From the NCBI GenBank assembly GCA_951406725.2, contig OX597821.1, forward strand, positions 57,536,001 to 57,600,000: DNA of 64,000 nt, given 5' to 3'. The notes beneath the pieces were generated by a model that made no database searches, had not been told where the DNA came from, and saw only the letters and a program-made list of their open reading frames with translations. Every line of letters begins with the position of its first letter. Position 1 is the first letter of the stretch. The position numbers were made by a program, and so were the translations under genes. This DNA comes from Octopus vulgaris (lineage: Eukaryota). This document shows, one piece after another, positions 41,576 to 54,422 of this stretch.

Positions 41576-41873
41576 TTTTATCGTGAGTAAGGTGGGAGAT
41601 ATAGATAAAGAAAATAAAGAGAGAATATGTGCTCGTGGCACACCACATAAAAGCCATGTCAAAATATAGCATAACTGATCTTAGCCAACGATAGATTCAG
41701 TAGCAGTTACGATATTTCTCTTGAACAACATTTCTTACAATCGCTTTCTCCTTTTCATGGAATATACATGTATGCAACATGTAAGTTTATTGAAACAACG
41801 AGAGAAATGATAGAAAGATGGAGGGGAAAACACAGTTATATACATACATGCATACACGCACACATATACGTAT

Positions 41874-41963
<90 letters not shown>

Positions 41964-42144
41964 GGATGGATAGGTGGTGGAAAAAACTAAGTCAGCATTT
42001 GTGAAGATTTCTGTATCCCGGTATATTTGTAGAGTAAAGTCTTCCGCTGGCATTCGTAAAGACCGGAATAATTAAAACACACTTACACGCATACATATAT
42101 ACGTACATATATGTATTTATGTAAGTATGTGTGTATGCAAGTAC

Positions 42145-42238
<94 letters not shown>

Positions 42239-42360
42239 AAGAGCGTAGGCTCGAAACGTAAAATACTTGTTTTATTTATATTCCTGAGCGCCATACTAAT
42301 ACAATTGTTTGTTTGTATTCCACCTGCCTTCGTCTTTTGTTTATTTTCATAAAGCTTCCC

Positions 42361-42432
<72 letters not shown>

Positions 42433-42514
42433 AGGAGAGGCATAGATACATACATACATATATATGTTAGTGTATCTACCCATCTTCTATCTATCTATCT
42501 ATCTATTATCTACC

Positions 42515-42566
<52 letters not shown>

Positions 42567-42890
42567 ACAATTTTTGTATACATATTGGTTGGTTGTGTGA
42601 CTGTGTGTGAATGTATGTGTTTGTGTGTGTGTATATGTGCGTATGTCTGTATGTGTGTGTGTGTGTGTTGTGTGCAAGCGCGCGCGTCTGTATCTCTTAT
42701 GCGCATAGAGAAGTGGCAGTTTATTAAACATGCATTAAACCCAGTGATGAAAACTGAAAAAAAAAATGTTTGACGAAAATCAAATTGCAAATGCAAAAAG
42801 TGAAAAGATAAAAAAAATAGAAAAAGAAAAGTGACTGTGCGAAGTCCTTCCCATCACATGATTAAACAAAGATAATAAGATAAAGATAAT

Positions 42891-42949
<59 letters not shown>

Positions 42950-43074
42950 TAATAATAATAATATCAATATAATAACATATTATGAAATGCAAAGCAAAAC
43001 ATTTTTTATATAATATAGTGAGTCAACAAACGTTATTTGCAAGACTTGTTCCAAAGATGCAAAATAATACTAAC

Positions 43075-43137
<63 letters not shown>

Positions 43138-43583
43138 TTAAACGGCGGTGCATCAGCATGGCCACAGCATGGCCACAGCATGGCCACACCATGGCCACAG
43201 CATGGCCGCAGCTCTGAGCTGAAACTAGAGAGAAAAAAAATAATAATAAAATTGAATTATTATATTAATAATTCTCGACAAGAAAATTAAGGAAGACAAT
43301 CTCAGAATTTAAATTATTTAAAATTAGAAATGAAATTGTACAGTGAGTGTGTCTGGTGCTTGGCAGTACTGTGAGCGCTGCCGATGTTTTCACCTTATTG
43401 AGCCCTTACCAGTAAAGTTGTAAGTCTAACCGTTACAGCCAGATGCCAGAGTTACAATTGACTAGAGAAGTATTTAGGATTTTATAGAATGTCACTATTG
43501 TGCTAACTTCAAAACAATGACTATACTGTTGCTCTTTCACTAGTTTCAATATGTTTGTGCGTGTGTGTATGTGTGTGTTTGTG

Positions 43584-43639
<56 letters not shown>

Positions 43640-43659
43640 AGAGTCATTTATATATACAA

Positions 43660-43850
43660 AGGAGTCATTCTCTTTTAGTGCCTTATTAAGTTAACACACT
43701 CACTGATTTACACTTAGTAGATGAATGCAAATCATACCAGAGTGAGTGTGTTAAATCAATAACGCACTAAAACAGAATGACTCTCCCCAGACAATAAAAT
43801 ATGTTTCAACACACGTATTCACATAAAGAATCGTGCAAACCACATAAAAA
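43660..43850. mobile_element. Fold-back of the family at 12657-13725
   Basis: GAGTCATTCTCTTTTAGTGCCTTATTAAGTTAACACACTCACT mirrors AGTGAGTGTGTTAAATCAATAACGCACTAAAACAGAATGACTC. Confidence 0.8.
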
Positions 43851-44046
43851 AACGAAATATATATGTATGTATATATATGTAGATATATATATATATATAC
43901 ATGTGTATATATTTATATATACGTATATATATATAGATATATAGATACATACATACATGCATGCACACATACATACATACATACTTACATACATACATAC
44001 ATAATACATACATACATACATACATACATACATACATACATACATA

Positions 44047-44520
44047 CAATCTTGATAGATGATTGCCATCTCTCTGAGCTTTATCTTTGTTAATGGCATT
44101 TCTGGTATCCTGTCGTTGACCCCTGAGATGGCTATTCAAGCATACTGGTTTGAAACATAGATGACAGATAAAAAAGTCGTAATTTCCACTCGATTGATCG
44201 GATCACTTCATGTTATAATGAACTGCCATATGTTTCTTGAGACCCGAACCCGACTTGCAAGCCGTTTCGCTCGCTACACACTCGAATCATTCGATGTAGG
44301 AAGAAGGACATTGCATATAGTTGATCTTTCGTTGGGGTTCAGGTGGTTGACATACCAAGCCTTGGAAAGGAATACACGGCCACAGGTTTCATACCCCCAA
44401 CGCAGTATGATCCCACTGAAGTTTTCATAACTGTCCCTCTGAAGCCAGCGATTTAGGATTTCGTGATTTCGTGCACAAGGTGAGTATCTTCAAAGTTTTC
44501 ACAACCTCTTCCCGTATATA
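44047..44520 (-). mobile_element. Decayed RTE-like LINE 3' end with C2H2 fingers
   Basis: Minus strand ETCGRVFLSKAWYVNHL, CKSGSGLKKHMAVH, CHLCFKPVCLNSHLRG, then a (TATG)n tail. Confidence 0.65.
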
Positions 44521-44799
44521 CTTCCTCCAGCCACTTTTTCCCCAACCAATCCCTGCATAAGTACATAAAACGCACATACGTGTGTAACATTATATTATAG
44601 AGACGCTGTCCTTGCACAGAAGCATCGGTGATTTGTCAGGAAATTTCATCCGCTTATATAATAAATTCTCACAAGCAGACGTATGAGCATCCACATGGTC
44701 CTGACATTTATAAGAAATAACTATCAATTCTTTACAAATCGCGCCGCACCCTCATTAAAACCTAAAGTCATATTCGATGACGTAATCTTAGGTATACTG

Positions 44800-45635
44800 T
44801 ACTCTTTTACTTGTGTCAGTCATGTGACTGTGGCCATGCTGGAGCACCGCCTTTAGTCGTTCAAATCGACCCCAGGACTTATTCTTTGTAGCCTAGTACT
44901 ATATTCTATCGGTAAATAGGCCAGCATCGGTTGTCAAGCGATGTTGGGGGGGGGGGCAACACAGGCACATAAACATATACACACACATACATATATATAT
45001 ATATACATACATATATACGACAGGCATCATTCAGTTTCCGTCTACCAAATCCACTCACAATTTTTGGGTCGGCTCGAGGCTATATTAGAAGACACTTGGC
45101 CAAGGTGCCACGCAGTGGGACTGAACCCAGAACCATATGGTTGGTAAGTAAGCTACTTACCACACAGCCACTCCTATGCCTTATTTTACCTATATGGTAA
45201 AATAAAATAAAATATGGACTGATTAGTCACAGTTGAAACCACTTTAATCATCAGTTTAGGTTAAGTAATTTATTTCTTTTACTTGTTTCAGTCATTGGAC
45301 TGCGGTCATGCTGGGGCATTGTCTTGAAGAGTTTTGGTCGAACAAGTCGACCCCAGATCTTATTTGCGTTTTAAGTCTGGTACTTTATCTTTTGCCGAAA
45401 CAATGTTAACAAACCAACACCACTTGTCAAGTGTTGGGCGGTGACAAACAGAAAGTCAGAGGCACGTACACCCACATTTATATATACAACGGACTTCTGC
45501 ATAGTTTCCGTTTACCAATTTCACTCACAAGGCATTGGTCGGACTGGGACTATTGTAGCAGATACTTGCCCAAAATGCTATGCAGTGAAACTCAACCGGA
45601 AGCCACATGGTAGCAAAGTGACCTTATTCACCACT
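44800..45635 (-). mobile_element. Two SINE family A copies (44800-45181, and a diverged copy 45275-45635)
   Basis: Heads and CAGTCA..TGACTG tails visible in reverse complement. Confidence 0.82.
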
Positions 45636-46120
45636 CAACATTCAAACCAAACCTGTATCACATGCATTGAATAATGTTCGTATAAGAGTTAAATTATCAT
45701 GGTATAGGAATTATTCTCTTCTTAAACTTTTCTTGGTATCAGGTGCTTTCATTGTTTGCAAATCTCCAAAAAGCAAGTTGGACGTTCAAGTACATCGTGT
45801 TATCAAGTAGATTCTTGGCAATCTTTTGTGTCTTCGATCTAAAAATAAAAACGATGTGCCCCTATGTAGATGTGCATGTAGGTATATATGCATGCTTCTG
45901 AGTATCTTTGTTTCTATTCAAACATATGCATAAATGCACACACACACACACGCACACACACACACATGCAGACACACGTACACACGCAGACACACACGAA
46001 TGTACAGACACGTATATTTACATGTCTATATACATATATACATGTATTAATATGTACATACATACATATATATATATATACATAACATGTATACATGCAC
46101 ATACACTTACACACGTACAT

Positions 46121-46154
<34 letters not shown>

Positions 46155-46399
46155 GTGTGTGTATGTATATATATATATATACACACACACACACTCGCAC
46201 GCAAATATCTATTCCAATATATATTATAACCACCAGACAGATTAAGCAAACATATCCTCACACCCGCACGCACAAGTGCGCGCCCACACACATACTCACG
46301 CACGCAGCAACACTCACACATACACATGTGCACACACTTATACATACACCCACACACGCACACACACATACATACTTTTTTTACTTTTTATCTATTTTA

Positions 46400-46575
46400 T
46401 TCTTTCACTTATTTCAATCTTTTCACTGTGGCCATGCTGGAGCACCACTTTTAGTCGATTCCAGGACTTATTCTTTGTAAGCCTAGTACTTATTCTATCG
46501 CTCTGTTTTGCCGAACCGCTAATTTACGGGGACGTAAACAGGGACAAACACAGACACACAAATACACACACACAC

Positions 46576-46650
<75 letters not shown>

Positions 46651-46846
46651 CGACGGGCTTCCTTCAGTTTCCGTCTACCAAATCCACCCACAATGCTTTG
46701 GTAGACCCGAAGCTATAGTAGAAAACACTTGCTCAAGGTGTCACGCAGTGAGACTGAACCCGGAATCATGTGGTTGGTAAGCAAGCTACTTACGAGACAG
46801 CCATTCCTGAGCCTATAGCTACTTAGCACACAACCACTCCTGCGCC
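46400..46846 (-). mobile_element. SINE family A with duplicated 5' end
   Basis: Head segment AGCTACTTA..CAGCCA.TCCTG.GCCTAT occurs twice at 46785-46846. Confidence 0.82.
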
Positions 46847-47026
46847 TATATATACATACATACATACATACATACATACATACATACATACATACATACA
46901 TACATACAAGTATATGCGGTAATGTTGTTCAAAAAGTAATGAAAGCTCACATTTCACTCAAGCTTTTATTTTTATCATTTTCCTCCAGTAAGAATGTGAT
47001 ATTTGAAATGTATTTCTATTTTTTCT

Positions 47027-47133
47027 ATTTAATATAAGAATTGCATTTAATATAAGAATTGTATTTAATATAAGATTTGTATTTAATATTAGGATTGTAT
47101 TTAATATAAGAATTGCATTTAATATAGCAATTG
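47027..47133. repeat. 18-bp minisatellite, about 6 copies
   Basis: ATTTAATATAAGAATTGY repeated. Confidence 0.85.
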
Positions 47134-48112
47134 TTCTTTACAATTATTTATTCATTGTTTTGGAACTCTTCAAATACTTTAGGATCCATCGATTTTTAGA
47201 GAACTAATTAATTAATTCATTAACGAGGAAAAGCTTAATTGCATTAAGAAGGTAGTGTGATAAAGTAAGAAAAATTATTTCTTTGTAAAGGACGCAATGA
47301 GCTGTATTTGAAACACCATAAAACTGATTCTTATTTTCATTACAGCGAAATAACAAGAGGATTAAATGCAGTTTCATTAACCAATTTATTAAGCAGGCAG
47401 AACGATTGTACGTGCGACACAATACTTTACGGCATTTCTTCTGTCAACACTATGAGGTGAATTCAAATTCCGCTCTAATCAACTTTACCTTTTACTGTTT
47501 CAGGGTCTATAAAAGAATTACCAAGGCATGAGGAAGGGTCTAATTAACTTTCCACTTACCCTACAAATTTGGTGTTTTTGTGCCTAAATTTGAAACTATT
47601 ACTCATTCCATTGCAATCCTGTCTTCAATTATATATATGGATATATATATATACATACATACATACATACATACATACATACATACATACATACATACAT
47701 ACATACATACATACAAGTTTCCAGTAGTGCATATTATATAATGTTCTTTTTAGACATGCACAAAAAATAATCAAAATAATTTTCGACACTTCGTTAAGAA
47801 ATTTCAATAGGAACGCTTTCATTTATTTATATATTTATTTGTTTAATTATTTGTTACATTTCTTGCATTTTCTCTCTTGTCAGTTTTCTCAGATCCTGAA
47901 GAACAGTGGTGACAAAACCTCGAAATGATTTTTAAAAGATTCAAAATGAAAATTCTTATTGTACGAGCAGACATACACACACGCGCACACGCACACACAC
48001 ACACACGCACACACACACACATATATTATAGGCAATGAACATAAAGGGAAGACATCACAAGTGGGATAAGTTTTAACAAATGTATTTAAAACTTAAAAAG
48101 AAGGGAAAATGT

Positions 48113-48146
48113 CTTGACGTTTCGGACAAAGATGCTTCATCAGAAA
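48113..48146 (-). ncRNA. Minimal hammerhead motif (partly decayed)
   Basis: Minus strand TTT-CTGATGA-AGCATCTTTGTCC-GAAA-CG-TC-AAG. Confidence 0.55.
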
Positions 48147-48554
48147 TAATAGAATGAGGAAAGGTGGTGGGAAATACAAAAAGTATGAGTAAGTGGCGAA
48201 TGCGTAGGTTTGGAATGAAGTTGTATGGGGTTATGAATGGAGGAGCCTGCGCGGTGGTGTGTACATGTAGAGGGGTGAATCCGTGAATAGATATAGGCAT
48301 AATGGAACTGTGTGTGGTGGTATGGAGTGTCTGTGGTTTCAAGAGGTGTGTATGGTTTCAAGAGGTGTGTGTAGGTGTGCAAGTATAGGAGTGGAGTGGC
48401 GTGGGTTAGTTGGGATGTTGGAGGATAGTGAGTATGTGTAGTCATATGGTATGTGAGGGTATGTGGCAGCCGTGAGTGTGAAGTGAAAAGGAAGATAAGA
48501 GGAAAGAAGTATTTAAGTAAAAACACCGGTGGAATGGAAAAACTATAAATCTCT

Positions 48555-48950
48555 TCTTTTTCATGTGTTACAATCATTAGACTTCGGCCATGCTGGGGCA
48601 CCGCCTTGAAGAACTTTTAGTCGAATGAAACGACCCCAGGACTTATTTTTTAAACATGGTACTTATCCTATCGAGCCCTTTTTGACTAACCACTAAGTTA
48701 CGTGGACTTAAACACACCAACACCGGTTGTCAAACTGAGAGGATGGACACAACGCACACACACACACATACACACACACACACACATGCGACAGACTTCT
48801 TTTAGTTTCCGTCTACCAAATCCACTCACATTGCTGTAATGGACCCGGCGCTATAGTAGAAGACACTTGCTCAAGGTGCTATGCAATGGGATTGAACTCC
48901 GAACAATGTGACTGAGAAACAAACTTCCTACCACACAGCCACACCTGCGT
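48555..48950 (-). mobile_element. SINE family A, diverged
   Basis: GGCCATGCTGGGGCACCGCC tail and ACCACACAGCCACACCTGCG head. Confidence 0.82.
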
Positions 48951-49339
48951 GTATGAAAATAGTGAAAAATATTTTTAAAATTGTAAAATGATAACACTGG
49001 TGAAAAGACTTGAGGTTATAGAATGGGGACAATGCCTGGAAGAAGAGATAAACGAAGGATAAAGGAAATCGTGTGAGAGAAGGCCGTCGAAGTGGGCACA
49101 CATAGAAAAAGAATAAAGAATAGGGGAAACGTTAGGGGAAACAATTTGAAGTTAAACGTTGAAGAAAACAAAACATCTACGACAGAAGGACAAAACAGAA
49201 TAAGCAGAACAAGAGGAGGCACATGGGACACAGAGTCACTGATGCGGTCACAGGGTGTGTGACGAATGAACCTTGACAGACGTATAAACTAAGAATAATC
49301 CTTTCTATAATTCTTAGATTAGACCCTTCGCCCCACCCC

Positions 49340-49806
49340 CAATTTCAGGCACAAGACCTGAAATTGGGGGTGGGACGAGGGGTCTAATCAATTACATCCA
49401 CCGCAGTGTTTCACTGGTACTTAATTTATCGACCCCGAAAGGATGAAAGGCAAAGTGAATCTCGGCGGAGCTTGAACTCAGAACCTTAAGGCGGGCAAAA
49501 TACCGCTAAGCATTTTGCTCGGAATGCTAATGATTATGTCACAAATTCAGGTATAGCCTATAGGCTCATGCTTACAACGTAGCTGCAGACGAAATACCTA
49601 TTTCTTTACTACCCACAAGGATCTAAACACAGAGAGGACAAACAAGGACAGACAAACGGATTAAGTCGATTACATTGACCCCAGTACGTAACTGGTACTT
49701 ATTTAATCGACCCCGAAAGGATGGAAGACAAAGTCGACCTCGGCGGAATTTGAACTCAGAACGTAACGGCAGACGAAATACCGCTAAGCATTTCGCCCGG
49801 CGTGCC
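49340..49806 (-). mobile_element. SINE family B copies nested in an old pseudo-LTR related to 15396-16119
   Basis: SINE cores at 49410-49520 and 49670-49806; flanks 49235-49277 and 49815-49845 match the 15953-16085 region. Confidence 0.75.
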
Positions 49807-50305
49807 AAAAGATCAAATAAATAGTGTGTGTGTTTTTAAGTGGCCAAAAATATTAAAAAAATTGAATATGCCAATAAAAACAAAGCAGTTTCTTTTATAT
49901 ATAAAGGAAATACATTAATATAAAACAATAAATAAATAAATATAGAAATAAATAAATAAGTAAATAAATAACTGACACGTGATTATTCTACAGGGTATAT
50001 CATAATTAACCTTAGCGATGTTGGGTTTTTTTTTTTTTACCAGAAAGTACTCAAAGAATAATTTTATTCATTAGAAATTATTTAGGATTGCAACTTAGGT
50101 TAATAGAGTGGAAAAAAAGTGGAAAGAGTTGATTTTGGGATGCTTGGTATAAAGGAAATATGCATTATGTTACCTTGCAGGATACGAGTAGTGTCAGTCA
50201 ATCTCTCATCTTTGCATGTTATACAGACGTACACACATACAAACACACACATTATATATATATACATACATACATAAATACATACATACATACATACATA
50301 CATTC

Positions 50306-50364
<59 letters not shown>

Positions 50365-50393
50365 TTGGAAAAGGATGCGTGGCGTTCGATCAC

Positions 50394-50424
<31 letters not shown>

Positions 50425-50484
50425 CATACACACGCACACATACACACATACATATATACATACATACATACATACATACATACA

Positions 50485-50515
<31 letters not shown>

Positions 50516-51341
50516 GTTTGTATGTGTATTTACTCATATTTGTCTAGAATTTTCTTTTATCTTTTTGATATTCGAAAAGGTCAGAAACAAACTATACATC
50601 AAATTCATATGATTGCATGCTATCTTCATTTCTATTAATGTTTGATATTAAAAATAGTTATTCTATTTATTTATTTATTTATTTACTTACTTATTTATTT
50701 GTGGTTTGCTTTATTAGCACGTCTTGAATTGTAAGATTTTGAGTTCATATTTTTCAGTTCTATAACCTCATTCATACGTATGGCTCTGTAAACTATTTCC
50801 TTTATTTTTTTCTCATTGAATTAATAATTTTCCAGAGATTCATACAAATATTTGTGATATTCGTAGCTCGTGGTAACAATTCATGTTGTTAAAAATATTA
50901 TCACCAACAAATTATCATTTCTGCCTTGAAATAGTTCATATTCAACAATCAATATCGATCGTTGTTCACCTTATCAATTAATTTACAAGTATGAAATAAT
51001 ATAGAAGTTGTTATTTCTTAAGGGAAAATAATTAGTTTTTATTGATTTTGTATTATTTTGCGTTTTCTTTATTTTATTTTAATGCTGGAAGAATGGGATG
51101 TTTGGAGAAACACGTTGACTGTGTGTTGCATACAAATTTTATTTAAAAGATGTTATTGAATGACTTGACCTCTTAACGATTATTTTGATGTTTACTACAT
51201 GCATATACAACACAGAATACAAATGCGAATTCAGCGGGGATAGCGACCTTTGTGACAAAGTAACATCTGATAAGCCTATAGAGGAGTTAAATTTATATCT
51301 AACGATTATCTTTGGTCGTTAAAAAAGGAAGTCCATCTTGC

Positions 51342-51561
51342 GTAAAGATTATTTGCCAACATAATATGGAAGTCCTCGTTTAGGACGAATGTTGCTGTAA
51401 TTTAGCCCCAAGAGACATCGTCTCCAGCTGGATATACGACACGATCTGTGTCCTTATATTTTCGAACAAGGGTATTTAGCATCCCCACCCAACTCTAAAC
51501 AATATCAGCAACATTCGTCCTAAACTAGGACTGCCATGTTATGTTGGCAAATAATCTTTAC
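51342..51561. mobile_element. MITE-like or fold-back element with 56-bp inverted arms
   Basis: GTAAAGATTATTTGCCAACATAA..TTTAGGACGAATGTTGCTG mirrors CAGCAACATTCGTCCTAAA..TTATGTTGGCAAATAATCTTTAC. Confidence 0.8.
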
Positions 51562-51759
51562 TCTAGAATAGTGTTGCTGAATATCTCTCGTTGAAAGATT
51601 TACAAATAGAAGTACATCTTGGTTAATGTAGTTTTAAATATACAGGAAGAAAAAGAAATAACAAGGGGGGCGGGACTTGTCGTCTGGGTAGGTAGTGTGG
51701 GCAGGGCCTAAGTAGACAGAACAATAAATAGGAATTATTACATATAAAAAGTAAATGTT

Positions 51760-52170
51760 AGGCGCAGACATGGCTTCCACACTACTTGATTTCGCGTTCA
51801 ATCCCAGTGCAGGGCACTTTGGGCAAGTGCTATCTGCTATCGCTGCGGGCAGACCACTACCTTGTGAGTGGATTCGGTTAACGAAAACGGGAAGAAGCGC
51901 TTTGTATGTGTGTGTGTGTCTGTGTGTGTGTGTGTCCGCGTGTGCGTGTGCGCGTGTGTGTGTGTGTCTTTCATGCTTGTGTCTGTCCCGCAACTGCTTG
52001 ACCACAGGTGTTGGTTTGCTTACGTCCCCCTCACTTAACAGTTCATCAAACCTCACCGAGATAATAAGTACCAGACTTTAAAAAATACACCCTAGGGTAG
52101 ATTCGTTCGACTACAGCTCTTGAAGGCGGCGCTCCAGCATGGCCACAATCCAATAACTGAAATTCGTAAA
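51760..52170 (+). mobile_element. SINE family A, diverged
   Basis: GGGCAAGTG..GTGAGTGGATT..GGCGGCGCTCCAGCATGGCCACA..CTGAAA. Confidence 0.78.
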
Positions 52171-52273
52171 AGTGTTGTAAAAATTGCTAGCCTAATGAAA
52201 GTGATTATTAAATTAAAGTGATAAATAATTGCGTAGATACTACAATGTTTTATATTATATAGATACAATAAGA

Positions 52274-52486
52274 TGGCGAGCTGGCAGAATCGTTAAGCAC
52301 GCCGGGCGAAATGCTTAGCGCTATTTCGTCTGCCGTTACGTTCTGAGTTCAAATTCCGCCGAGGTCGACTTTGCCTTACATCCTTTCAGCGTCGACAAAT
52401 TATGTACCAGTTGTGTACTGGGGTCAATCTAATCGACTGGCCCCCAACCCAAAAATTTCGGGCCTTGCGCCTAGAGGAGAAAAGAT
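52274..52486 (+). mobile_element. SINE family B, tail type 1
   Basis: GGCGAGCTGGCAGAATCGTTAAGCACGCCGGG..GAGTTCAAATTCCGCC. Confidence 0.9.
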
Positions 52487-52649
52487 CATATAGATACAAT
52501 TTTCGCTACCATTCAGGTTCCATAATATACATTTGAGAAAGATCATAACTGAAACTTTTTGTGGCTTCAGCTCCAAAGGACATCAAACATTGTTCAAATG
52601 GCGGGAGAAATTAATTTGATTTCGTTAACCATCATTACGAAGTGAAATA

Positions 52650-53283
52650 TTTATTTCCTTATTGCCCACAGGGGGCTAACCATAGAGGGGACAAACAAGG
52701 ACAGACAAAGGGATTAAGTCGATTACATCGACCGCAGTGCGTAACTGGTACTTAATTTATCGACCTCGAAAGGATGAAAGGCAAAGTCGACCTCGACGGA
52801 ATTTGAACTCAGAAATTAAAGGCAGATGAAATACCGCTCAGCATTTCGTCCGGCGTGCTAACGTTTCTTATTACTTTATTGCCCACAAGGGCTAAACATA
52901 GAGAGGACAAACAAGGACAGACAAAGGGATTAAGTCGATTACATCGGCCCCAGTGCGTAACTGGTACGTAGTTTATCAGCCCCGAAAGGATGAAAGGCAA
53001 AGTCGACCTCGGCGGAATTTGAACTCAGAACGTAGCTGCAGACGAAATACCTATTTCTTTACTACCCACAAGGGGCTAAACACAGAGAAGACAAACAAGG
53101 ACAGATAAACGGATCAAGTCGATCATATCGACCCCAGTGCGCAACTAGCACTTGATTAATCGACCCCGAAAGGATGGGAGGCAAAGTCGACCTTGGCGGA
53201 ATTTGAATTCAGAACGTAACGGCAGACGAAATACCGCTAAGCATTTTGCCCGGCGTGCTAACGTTTCCGCCAGCTCACCGCCT
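52650..53283 (-). mobile_element. Tandem trimer of SINE family B, tail type 2
   Basis: Three units each with GGACAAACAAGGACAGA..GAAAGGATGAAAGGCAAAGTCGACC. Confidence 0.9.
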
Positions 53284-53439
53284 TAACGATGTGAAATATT
53301 GTACATATGTATTGCTATGTTCCGTACGTGTTGGTGCCTAAGGATTGAACTAAATTCCCACTTCAACCAGGGCTTCATACCCGCTAAAGGAGGGAACCTT
53401 CCGTGGACTCTCTCCCCCGCTGTCTTTCTATAGCCAGTC

Positions 53440-54190
53440 GTGATCATGTAAACCCTAGATAGAACAAACACTGAGAGGAAATTATGTGAAGGGCAGAATC
53501 GATAAAACAACAAATGCAGAATGTGTAGTGAGAGAAGTGAAATAGTGTGACATATTGTTAGTGAATGCCCGAAATTGGCTAAACGTGAATACAAAATGCA
53601 AGAGGACAATGTGGCAAGAATGATGCATTGGGAGTGTGTGAAAAGTATGGATGAAAAAGATCAAAGACGTAGTATGACCAAATTCCAGAAGAAGTTACTG
53701 AGGAGAATTTCAAAATCCTGGAGGGTGCCGTGATTCAGTATGACCGTCGGATTAAACCTCGGAAACTTGACATTGTTGTGAGGAACAGATAAGTAAAAAG
53801 AAAAACATATCCAATAATTGACATAGCATTTCCTGGTGACGAGAGGATTGAAAAGAAAGAAAAAGAACAAGTGAACAACTATAATGAAGTGAAGTGGGAA
53901 AGACGTAGGTTGTGGGCAATGAAGAAAGCAGACGTGATACCAATAGTGATTGGTGCGCTCGGTAATATCAGTGCCCGACTATCAAACTGGCTCAAAAAAA
54001 TCGGAGGAAAGGTAAAGATACAACACTTACAAAAATCGTCATTGTTTGGAACTGCAAGAGTTCTCTGCAGAGTTCTTGGAACGTTATCAGTAAACAAGTA
54101 TCATCTTAGTTTCCTGGCTGTGGACAGCTGACACTTCCCATCATACCCAACAAAAGCCTGGATTCTCATTCCTAAGGCATTTTTCGATGT
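53440..54190 (+). mobile_element. Decayed R4/Dong-clade LINE C-terminus (CCHC finger and restriction-like endonuclease)
   Basis: CRMC..HIVSECPKLA..DIVV..IIDIAFPGD..E..Y..LW..VIPIVIGALG..LQKSSLFGTARVL; frameshifts; abuts (TTA)n. Confidence 0.88.
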
Positions 54191-54350
54191 TATTATTATT
54201 ATTATTATTCAGGTCACTGCCTGGAATCGAACTCGGAATATTGGGTTTAATAGCCCGCGCTCTTAACCACTATGCGCACGGGCATATTGCATAGTGGTTA
54301 AGAGCACGGACTACTAACTCCAAGATTCCGAGTTCGATTCCAGGCAGTGA

Positions 54351-54420
<70 letters not shown>
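54190..54420. mobile_element. Head-to-head pair of short tRNA-like elements with (AAT)n tails
   Basis: GCATAGTGGTTAAGAGC A-box, GAGTTCGATTCC B-box, ACT anticodon-like loop; the inverted copy occupies 54190-54275. Confidence 0.8.

Positions 54421-54422
<2 letters not shown>

Noticed and set aside
44150-44400. Host C2H2 zinc-finger gene
   Set aside because: Frameshifted, lacks TGEKP linkers and is followed by a retroposon-type tail; better explained as a LINE C-terminus
52650-53283. CRISPR-like repeat array
   Set aside because: Units are ~190-220 bp SINE copies with no unique spacers, in eukaryotic DNA
54278-54355. Functional tRNA-Ser(ACT) gene
   Set aside because: Acceptor stem does not pair, no long variable arm, no oligo-T terminator, and an (AAT)n tail, so it is treated as SINE-like
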